Shown here in pieces: positions 13,001-23,500 of a DNA stretch of 64,000 nt. The stretch comes from Amoebophrya sp. A120. Taxonomy: Eukaryota; Protista; Dinoflagellata. Position 1 is the stretch's first letter. The number at the start of each line of letters is the position of its first letter. A program made the translations under genes and the position numbers. Below the pieces are notes generated by a model that was not told the origin of the DNA, searched no databases, and was given only the letters and a program-made list of their open reading frames with translations. The DNA lies in assembly GCA_905178155.1 (NCBI GenBank), contig CAJINV010000002.1, forward strand, positions 7,949,655 through 8,013,654, given 5' to 3'.

Positions 13001-14683
13001 TGGTGGTAAAGTGATTGTGAGTTATTGCATCTACTCTACGGCATAGCTCCCCCCTACTCTACGGCATAGCACACCAGAGTTGTCATGCAGATTTGCATGC
13101 CAAAAAGGTTTCCCATGCGGAGCCGCATGAGAAGCGTTTTCTAATCGTGTTTGAGAATTTGCGATGCTCTAATCAGCATGATATGCTAGATCTGTGATGC
13201 TGCTTGAGGTAGCTAAACAGGATTACACTACGGGGCCAAATTTGTCATGCGAAACAACCAAAGCTGGATAATTTGTCTAGCAGATTTCCCATCTTGACTC
13301 TGGTGTGGGGATGTTTTTACACAGGATATTCTGCCGCTGGAGGCAGACCCGCTTCAGCGCCTCCATCATGTAGATAGTGTTGTTGCAGTACATCGTGTAT
13401 CAAATGCAAAAATGTCTGGGTCTGGAATGTTGCCGGGTTTGTCATGCATACTTTGCATGACCCAGGATGTCTGTAATGCACGACCTAGCATCACAGATTT
13501 CTAGATGGCTTCCTGATGCCTACTCCGCATGACAAATGCCCTCCCCGCGTAGCACAAACTAGACTCCTCTTGCTGGTCATGCAATACAGATTTTTTTAGA
13601 GTCCAAAGTTCGCATCACAAGTTCCGACCTTCCAGACCCAGACATTTTTACAGTTGATATCGTGAACTCCGGGTCGTTGGGGTCCACCAGCTCCGGCCGG
13701 GAGAGTCGACTGTCCGACCAAACTACCGGATAGCCGTCGTGAGCGAAGCCGAGGAACCGCGTGCTGCCGTTGTTCATCAGCAGCCGTTCCGGGGGCTGCA
13801 ACGCGGTGGGAAGAAAGTTGTTCTTCGCGTTCCTTTTCCGCGCCTCGCGCCACCGGACGGTGGCGCGGAAGCTCCGCACGGCCGCAGGCACGTCGTTCTC
13901 CGTGGACGCGAGAAACCGGAGAACTTCCTCCCGGGTGTATCAAAAGGAAAAATCCTCCCTCCCCATATCGAAAACGAAACTTGTGATGCTGGATTTCCGT
14001 ATACAAATCTGATTTGTATTGCGGTAGAGGACTGCACGCAGATCGTAAGCCTAAAGAGGGGCCTCTTGGTGTAGGGGCCTAGCATGGCAAACGTCTGCCC
14101 TATAGGCCTTGCAGCATTACCAATCGCCTGCATATCGTGGGGGAGTCTCTGAGTTTGCCCTCTTGCAAGAGAGACAGGATTTGTGGTCACAAATCAGCAT
14201 CACAACTTTTTAGAAACATACCTTTTCAGTATGGGGAGGGGGGATTTTTCCTTACGATAGGGTGTAGATGGTTTGCTGCTCGTCCGCGAACAGCAGCTGC
14301 TCCCAGTCCTCAAGGGGCACGCCTGGCGGGGGTTCTTGCTGCTCCTTGCCTGCTTCTATGTTATTGTTGGGTGCTGCCGTTTTTGAAGCCACTTGATCTT
14401 GATGACGCGCTATCGGAGCTGCATCATCTTCTTCGGCGTTGATGCGTCGGAGCTCAAGCAAAAACGCCTGGTAAACTGAATCTTCCCTGGCATCGGGCCG
14501 CTGCGCCTCCAGCTGGTGATTCACCCGAGCAGGTGCTGCTGCTTTCTTTTCTCGTCTTTCTTTTCCCCCTGCTCCAGGTGGTCTAGACCGGGGGTGGTGC
14601 CAGGCCTTTTGGCTTTGTTCCAACTCGTCCTGGACATCGAGAGGTCGTCGGGCAGTTCTACCATCCATGATCTGGGTCGACAC
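10034..14683 (-). CDS. CRAL-TRIO/Sec14 lipid-binding protein with hydrophobic C-terminal segments; exons ~14683-14260, 13937-13660, 13397-13329, 11737-10034
   Basis: Joined frame YTREEVLRFLAST...RATVRWR...DGYPVVW...PEFT|MYCNN...QRQ|KLPTFQIYVLMDFSGW...NHYPGTQRGTFIINAPPLFQIAWSIFRAF...LPFEYGG, which contains the Sec14 hallmark motifs. 5' end uncertain. Confidence 0.85.
11738..13328. mobile_element. Introner family A (1591 bp) carrying a 1.3-kb insertion
   Basis: TIR tatcctatgtaaaaacg / gtttttacacaggata. DR ttctg at 11733-11737 and 13329-13333. Removing the insert and one TSD leaves 280 bp. Confidence 0.92.
11778..13069 (-). mobile_element. Non-autonomous retroelement related to 20999-31080 (no long ORF)
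   Basis: Flanked by a 19-bp duplication cacaccagagttgtcatgc (11759-11777, 13070-13088). Closely matches 20999-~21232 joined to ~29982-31028. Confidence 0.85.
13398..13659. mobile_element. Introner family B (262 bp)
   Basis: TIR tatcaaatgcaaaaatgtctgggtctgga. DR tcgtg at 13393-13397 and 13660-13664. Confidence 0.92.
13938..14259. mobile_element. Introner family C (322 bp)
   Basis: TIR tatcaaaaggaaaaatcctccctccccatat. DR gggtg at 13933-13937 and 14260-14264. Confidence 0.92.
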
Positions 14684-15753
14684 TAGAATCCGCCGGCCAC
14701 GCTCGGGGCAACGCCCGAGGCGGAATTGCCTTGTTATCGCGGATCTCTAGCAGGGAGGAGATCTTCGTGGCGTGATCACTACATTTTAGCGCTGCGCGGG
14801 CACCAAAGATGGCACTCCCAAGAAAAACGAAACAGTACAAGCGAGGCAATTAGGTGCAGCCAATACACCAAGTCGTGTTCTTGTGCTCAAATTTTGTTTT
14901 CTCATCCTTCATTCCCTTGCTGCATCGGCAAAAAATTTTCGTCTTTGATCACTTACATATTTTTGTGAGCATACTTGTGAGTCAAAATAAAAGTGGGGTC
15001 CTGAAGATGCACCACGTGACGTAATTGTTGCTGTGACACGATTCTTCTCGACCGCCAGTTAAAGACACAGAAAAAACCCTGAGTTACCTTTCGTCCCCAA
15101 GGGTCAAAAAGCAGGAAAAGAAATACACCGAACATCTGTGCGCGCCTTGCTGTCACCGAAAGTGAAAAACAACTGACAATCAGCCGAGTAATTGTTATGT
15201 TGATGCAAAAAGACAAATTTGAATTTCCTGTATGGTGCAATCCGGGATATCATTATCATCCATCTCGCGACCGAAAGAGACTTGATAAAAACATCACGCA
15301 TTTTTTGAATTCACTGTGTTACACAGTAACAAAAGCTGGATAAAAACTAAGTACACCGAAGAGGTTTACTGACGGCGACGCCGATACTTTGCTCAGACCA
15401 CACGCAGCAAGCCCAACCACAATCAAAAGTATCACAGAGGAAAAGACATCATCACCGAAGAGATTTTTCTATGAAACTTCCATACACCTGCTTTTTGTTC
15501 AGGAACAAACATTTGTGTCGAGAATCCTCCTGTTAAGTATAACTGGCATATGGAGACGAGCACTAGCATATTTTTTCCAATTTTGGGTCAACTTGAATGA
15601 CTGAATGCCAACATGTACCAGATCATTGCCCGCTGTCACTTTTGGTAAAAAAGAGCGCTTCGCTCATGTCGTATGTCGTTCTGTTGCTAACCTTTCCTGA
15701 CGTTCACTTGTTCCAGCAAGAGCAGCTGTTTCCGTTTTATTCCAGTCGTATCC

Positions 15754-16484
15754 TCAACCCCCACCCACCCTGCTCTGCGCTTGCCCCTGCGCACCAGGAG
15801 GACTGTTTTCGGAGAAAAACGAGCACACCTTTTCGTATTTTTTATCCGTAGCCAGCAGCGACTGCGTGTTTCGGCACTGCTGCTCCACAGCTAGAAGTTC
15901 GTCGTACCCACCGACATGCAGCTGCTCGATGAAGATGTTGGGAACCTGTTTATTGCGGAGATAGATTCACCTCAATAGTTGTACCAGTATCTCCATAAGC
16001 AACCTCTCTTCATCTGCTACAGTGTACCGTGTCCCCAAGAACGCGTCTAGTTGCGCCGCCAGCTGCACAAGCTTGGAGTTAAAGATAAAGACCCACTCTT
16101 GCACTATAGACGCGATCCTTATCTCTTCGCAGCCCAACGTGCGGCACTAAAAACGTAAGCGAGACATAAAGTTAACATTTTTCAGTTTATTCCGATAAAA
16201 CACCTAGAGCATCAGTTCCTTTCCCCCTGAACTCTAGTACCGTCCGCTGGTTTGTCACAGCGGTGACCACCGCGCCTAGAAGTCGGTTGTTTTCTTCGTC
16301 CAGCTGGATGGTGTGGCATTTTTTTCCAAAATGCTGCAGAAAGTCTTTTGCGTAGTGACAGTAGGGACAGGACTTGGTCGAGAACATGAGGCAACTGTTT
16401 TTTGCCACCGCGTCCTCCATTTTCGCGAACGTATCCCGCACTTGCTTCTCCTGCTCCTGGTTGGCCCCGGCACCGCTTGCCGGC
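15754..16484 (-). CDS. Dithiol glutaredoxin (CPYC); GT-AG intron 15946-16240; 5' exon not resolved
   Basis: FSTKSCPYCHYAK...TNQRT|VPNIFIEQLHVGGYDEL, with the CPYC, TVP and GG-x-D motifs. Confidence 0.85.
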
Positions 16485-17518
16485 TATCCTGTGGAACAAA
16501 GTACTTACTCTTTCTTTTTTTTCTGCTGTTCTTGTTATTTGTTCATGCCCGAAGTTGACAGGTCGGTATGCAACAAATATTAAAAAGTCTGATATGCATC
16601 GACCTACATCTCTTGCGCTAATTTCTTGTGCTACGCCCCTTGTTCTCTTCTTTCTAGCCGTGCAAGCTGGTTTCAAGTGATTCTTGGACGCTGAATAAAC
16701 TGAAAGTACACAAAAGCTGCATTAGAATGTCTGTTACGTCAGGATTAGAGGTCGTTGTCTGTTGCACACGATAGCGGGCCAGGAGGGTGCACCACCGAGT
16801 TGGCGCCAATCATTTAGTTCCTTGCAAATCCACCTACTCCAAAAATTCGTTCAGCTATATTCTGCGGACTTCTTGCTACTTCGCTATTTGTATTTCTCTT
16901 AGATAAACAGGCATATCAATTCAAGAATAGCGCGGCAAAAAGTAATGCAAGCAAAGTATTAATTCTTCAACTTCAACTACGACTCAACCATGGGCTTTAC
17001 TTTTCCCAAAGTTGCGTCGAAAAATCCGTCTTCAATCACTGCAAAACGGTGTCAAACACGCAACGAATTGCGCGTCAGAAGCTCAGGAAGAACGTCTCGT
17101 TTTCCGATCTACAAGGTGTAGTAGAACAGAGCAAAAATTCAAACTAAAGAGAGCTCGCGGCAGGAACAGCGCAAGAACTCTGAGACATGAGACTCACCCG
17201 AGGCAATCGCAGTCATTTGCTGGTGGTGTTTTATTTTCTCGGAGGTGCGTCGATATTTTGATTACGTGATTAATACGACCACCGGTATACAAAAAATTGA
17301 TCCTGCACTTAGCGTTTCCGTCCCTCGCTCTGTCGAGCATTCGCCCATTCAATCCGAGCCCCCCTAAGTACCTACCCCAAAGCGATTTTCTCTAGTACAA
17401 CGGGGCCTTGGCCGATCTCCCGTAAAAAGCAGGCCCAACATCGAGAGTGATAGAACAAGTCCGCTCGTGAAAATGAGGAACTCCAGCACGGACAGGACGC
17501 GGCGGCGCGTTTCGTCAC

Positions 17519-20500
17519 TTATATGCGGCAAACGTAACTGCAGCTCTGCGTCACGTACCGCACCCAGCGGTAGGGGTTGTAATTCTGGTGCTGCTCCGCG
17601 ATGCGCAGGTACCGCACGCCGATCTTTGACAGAGAAAACATCGGAATCTCGAAATTCACCGAGATGGGCCCGAGGTTCAGCTTCGCCGACGGAAGTTGCG
17701 ATTCTCGGACAAGTATCAAGGTGCCCCTGCAAAGGAGCGGGATGCGCTGTCACGGTCGCGTGAATCTCGTACTTCTACCCACTTGAAGCCAAAGCCAATC
17801 GATAGCGACATCTCATGCAGATACGGGACGCAAGTCCATGTTGGCTTTGGCATTGCGATTCTTTTTAAAGAAAATTTACGTCGAAATAATGACATAACCC
17901 ACGACTGTGACAGTTGCAGTTCCCGCCCCGGGAAAATAGATGTTCTACTTCGGTCCCCTCGCATAGAGTTCAGTCGAGTTTTCAGGGTGAATTCGCTGTT
18001 GCCCGGGAACTTCTTCAGCTGCCACACAAGCTTGTTTTCGTTCGGTAGAAACTCGACCTGTTTCTTCTGCTCGGTGTTCTGTGCCGCGTTCGCGGACCCG
18101 GACCCGCCGCTGCTGGACTGAAACACCTCGGTGGCGGAGATGCTCGCGTATTAAGAGGAAAAATCCCCCCTCCCCATATCAAATGGGAAATCTGTGGTGC
18201 AGGATTTGCGTACACAAATGCGCGCTGTCTTGCGGTACGGCATCGCAGCCAGATCCGCAGCCTAGGGAGGGACGTTTGGGTCTAGTTGCTTAGCATTACA
18301 AAGGGCTGTCCTCTAGGCCCCACAGCATGTCAAATCGCTTCCATAAAGGCGCGGAAGCCTCTGCGTTGGTCTTCTTGCAAGACGGACGTGATTTGTGGTC
18401 TCAAATCAGCAAGACAAATTTTGCGAAGCATGCCTTTTCGATGTGGGAAGGGGGGATTTTTCCTTTTGATATCGCGACGAGGTTCTTCGGGAACTGACAC
18501 TGAAACACGACGTTGCCCCCGTAGTTGGTGTCGGGCAGCTCGGCTCGCGCCGTGATCGTCAGCTCGCAGGAGGTCACCTTGTCCGCCTGCTGCTGGGGCG
18601 GGAAGGAGACCCGGGGAAAAATCCGGAAGGGCACCTTCAGCTCGTTCGTGATCCGGTAATTCATCACCGCAAACTCCCCGTCGGGTGGGAAAAACGACAG
18701 AATTCCTGTTGTAGAAAAGTAGAGTTCTTGTGTACCACTAGTACCTGCTTGGTTATATTAGCATTCTGCACAATCGAACTCAAATCGAAAATTTGAAACA
18801 AGTATTTTGCTGAAGAAATGTTCCTCATGACAACGTTGTAGCGAGAGCAATACTTTGGTCGTCAAAGTCCCGGAGGTCCACGCACTCGTGAAAGTTGCAG
18901 TCGTCGAGCTGTACACTTGCAAACCGATTATTTGCTGTATCACGATGGCGAAATGCATTCTGCTTCTGATTCCCAGAGTTCAAGAGGATAAGAATCAGCG
19001 CGTTCCACGCCGGAAGGTAACTCGAGATGGACTAACTGCGGAAGAGCTGCTTCATAACAGACTCATCTCGCGCCTACTTTATGGTTTTCTTTCTCATCAG
19101 GATCACGCCGCCAAGGGAAAGGGGCACAGTTTTCAGCATGGCTCCTGGTGCATGCCGATGTGTTCCTCCCGTGAGCTGCATGCACCTCCAATAAACGAAC
19201 TTTGGTCTTTGCTCTCTTAGAATCAAAAGAAGCTTGCAGATTTCCTGTTGATAGCCGGAGGCTGCGCCGATGACCAGGTCCTCGTTGAGCGCGAGCTTCA
19301 GTTCGGGATTTCCGGAGAGGTAGCTCTTCATTTGAATTGACCCGTCCACGCACGCGTTCAGAATTTGCCTATCAGTTTTATTGCGGTTTTTTGCGTGCTT
19401 TCGAGTCCTTTGTTTCTCGCTGAGTCGCACTTTTTCTTATACTTATTTCGCGTCATGCGAATGATCAATTACAGTTTTCAGCAGCTAAAACACGAGAGAA
19501 AATGTGTCACGTCGGAGGGCACAGGTTCCGCGATTCCATTCTGCTAGCGGGTGGCTTAGAATAGAAGAACAAAGTAAGAATTATGTATGAAAAGATACAC
19601 TTTGATACCCGCTAGAGTTGCAATATCACACGAAAAAGCTGTATTGCAACTGCCGGGTGCCTTGTTTGCGCCACATTCTTGCACTACTCCTTTCTTTCCA
19701 ACGCCCACTGGCCCAATGCAAAAACCTTCGAGGCAGTTGTAATGCAGTTTGGTTCTATTTGGATATCATAAGCACGGTGACGCGCTCGAGGATGTCTACG
19801 AAAATTTCGTTTTTTGCGACGATCTTGTCTTGTGTAGGCCCGACCGGCCGGTGAACCGCGTTGCTCGGCACAGTTCGCGCAGTCAGGTTGGGTAACGCCG
19901 CTACGCCTTTCAGCGCACCACCTGACAAAAGGAGAAATTTGTAATTGCTTTTATTTCCGTGCATATACCTGCAGAATTTGTGTCTGTTCCTTCTAGGCTA
20001 CTGCTGAACTTCCGGAAAGTGCCTTTTTCAAAGTCAGTCTGTAGAACAAAGAGTGGAACTAAAACTCTGAAGAAGAATAAGCACCTCCCAGCGCATTGCT
20101 GACTGCGGTCCCGGCGCTCCACTATCGAATGCAAAAACTCGGTCAGACCCAGAAGAGTCATACGTAAAACAGCGGAAACAAACAGTGCTTCTAGTACATG
20201 AAAAAATGGACTTTATTTGCTGGCAATCTTTACAAACAATTCACCTTGGCGCGGAGGATCAAAACACTAAAGAGCTTGTTCGCATGCCGATCTCACTTTT
20301 GAAAAAGCGCACAATGCCTAGCGGGTTGTCTCGAGATGAAGCTGGACGACCTGTGCATGAAGAACTATCTCAGGTGTAGTTGTTTCCCTGTTATGTCTGT
20401 AATCATGTAAGTATGGTATGCGTATAACTCGTCCGTGGACAAGAACATTCTTCCTGGTGCGTATCTGCAGGCCACTGGCGACTGTGTTTTCGTTCAGCAC

Positions 20501-23500
20501 CGCGGCGGCTTCGTTGTGGACACAGAGCCGCAGCTGCTCCGTGGAAGTAGTCTGCGGGTACCCGAAGTCCAGCATTTCGTCGAGGAGTTCGTAGAGGAGC
20601 ACAAAGTTCTTCCGTATGGACTCTTCGGTCAGCGTGCCGCAGTAGTCTTTGAACACCTTGCAGATATGCATTGCAAATATGTCTGGGTCTGGAAGATTGC
20701 ACCTTGTCATGCTACATCTGGATCGTGGAAAAATTTGTGTTGCGTGATTACCAAAAAAGGCCCACTTTTGAACAAGTTTACAGGCAGTTTCTCATGCAGG
20801 AAAGGCATGATAGAGATCTCACAGAACCTGTCATGCTAGGCCGTGCATGCCAGACCGGGTGGGTCATGAAAAAACTGCATGACAAACCTAGCAATCTTCA
20901 TCCAGACCCAGACATTTTTGCATTTGATAGCAGATCTTCGTGAGCAACTCCAGCAACATATCCTGAGGAAAAACGTACCCACCCCAGAGTTGTCATGCTA
21001 AACAAAATGCGACACACTTTGCCCCCCCATTGTACCATGGCCGCAGATGGCTTGGCACGCAGGGCGGGTGGGTCAGGCGGACACCGAAGTGCCATCACCA
21101 TCATCTCCCGGCCACTATATCCCAACTCTGATCTCGCCAACCAACCATACTGCGCCAACAACCATACTGTGCCAACTTGCCAACTGAACAACGCCTCGCT
21201 TTTTTTTTTTTTTTGCCAACAATTCCTTACTGTTCAATTCAATTCATGGAGCGGCCCCGTGCTGGAACACTTCTGGTGGTGGACGTGAGCACGAGATTTG
21301 CGGCTTCGCGCCGCGACAACCAAATGGGGGTCCCTTCCCCCCCCCTCCGTTTTCAAAAATCCCGTTTGTGCGTGCATGATGCAAAGGGCCAACATCGGTG
21401 GTCGACATGGATGAACTCGAGATCAAGCTCGAAACGAAAGCACCGGCCACAAAAAGAATAAGCGAAAATCTTCGGCGAGGATCGGAAGACCGCAATTTGT
21501 GATGCCAATGGCTGCTAAAACCCGAACGGCGGGGGGGTATCTACCGCGCCGAGCGCGCGGATTCGTTTTCCTTTACGTGTCGAGCCGGTAGCAGCGGCAC
21601 ACGCCACATCTCTTCCATCTTGCAGCGTCCGGACGGATGTGTTGGGGGCATAGCAGTGCGGGGGGATACTAACTTACTGCGGCTTAGCAGGGCCGGATTT
21701 GTCATGCAAAATTTGTTTTCGGATAGTGCTGAACGAACTTTTTTCCTCTTTCTAGAGCTAACAAGTCACCGCGTCACGCCTAGGTGACACCCGCAAGCTA
21801 TTTAGTAGCTGCGCCGCCTGAATGGTTTTTTAAGTACTGACCCGGTAGCAGCGGGCGAAAGATCTTTTTTAGGAAACTACACCGGCAGCTTCGTGCAGCT
21901 ACCGCAGATAGCGAGCAGGGCGCCGCTAGTAAAACCAATAAACTCTAAATAATTTGTCATGCAAAATTGGAATTTGAATCTTGTAGTACAGCAGCTTCGG
22001 GACCATCCGGGAGAGAAAACTCCGCTTTGCCGCAGCTGCAGGTGCCTTCGTCGCGGTCGAGGATGTCTTGCATGGCATCGGCTCACGCTGAAGTCGAAGT
22101 TGCAGATCGGCGCGCGGGGAGGACGGGCTTGAGACTGGATTTCTACGTTTCGCCCAGCTGGCTCGAAGGGACCCGGCAGAAAAGCAAGATGGGCTTCACG
22201 AGGCCGAAGTACAGCTATGTAGTGCGGTCCGACCGGTGATCTGGATGAAAATGCGCTACACCGCACCGGCCGATCCGGATAAAAAAAAAAGTGGCGCAAC
22301 AGCATCGCACTTTCACGCTATCTGGATGAAGATGTGCTGCCAAACCGCAGCCCGGTAGAAGGACAACATGGCGAGCTCCGAAACGCGGCCCGGCTCCGGT
22401 CCAGGCAAGTAAGATTCCGGCTGTTCCCAGGGCGGCGGCGTGGGCCCGATACGCCGCGGGGTCTGGTAGCGACGGAAACCGGCGCCAGGTGGGGATTCCT
22501 GTTCTGCGAAGGCGTAAACAGGGTCAGCAGCTGGTTTGGCGGTGTTGGTGCCCTGTACACCGGTTTTCTGGCCACTAGGCGCGATTCGGGCGGAACAGAC
22601 CGAAGCTGTTCTTTTTTCCTTTATCTCCGTATTCACCTGCTACCACGGTGAGTTTGTCGCAAGTGAAGCAGCTGCTGCTTCGTGGTCACCTCCACGTCGT
22701 CAGGATCAGGTCGTGGCGGAGTATTATGGATGGAAAAACCGAACGGAGAAATGCAATATTAAAACTGTACGCTATCGAGATGCTGGGGACACCGCCGGCA
22801 AGTCAGCTCGGCGGCATTGCTTTTATGGTGCTATGATGTGACTTCCATGTTCTGAATGCTTCGAAACTGAGACCCGTGCCCAGAACTGAAACCCTGAACC
22901 GAAACCCGAACCGCAAACCCGGGCCCGACACCCGGCCGCAACCGAGACGGGTGTATACCGTCGGAAGTGCAGCTGTGTTTTTGCACCGACCGGAGGAGAG
23001 CGACTAGGACTAACCCTGACGAAGGCGTACAGCCGGGGGAAGAAAGTGAGTCGAGGAGGGGTGGGGAAGCGAGGAGGGGCGACAAGAGTCCAGGCAGCCC
23101 AGGACGGAAGATCAGCAACAGAGACGATTGCTCCCCCGGAGCGCCAGCTGATGACCCGGGAATAGAGGCAGGTTGGTGAAGACCAACAAGAAAAAGAGAT
23201 ATAACCCGGGCGGAGTAGGGCGACCTTATGAGAGGCCTGTAGCAAAATATATTTTGTTGCGCGATTGCCGAAAGTCCACTTGATCCCTAGTAGAAAATGC
23301 CCGCGGGCGGGGCAAACTCACAACTGTGGCGGTCTCATACCGTCCTAAGTGCTATCATGTTTTGAACTTATCAAAAAAACCCAGCCGTGCTGAAACCCCG
23401 AGAAGCCGAAAGCTTATGGCACGCACGTTACCCGGAACGGAAATCCCCCGGAACCGAAGCCCCCGGAAGGGCGGGAAGAGGACACAGTGGTTCTGGCAGG

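Noticed and set aside
22860-22945. Interstitial telomere-like repeat (gaaaccctgaaccgaaacccg)
   Set aside because: Only one exact AAACCCT unit; too degenerate to call.
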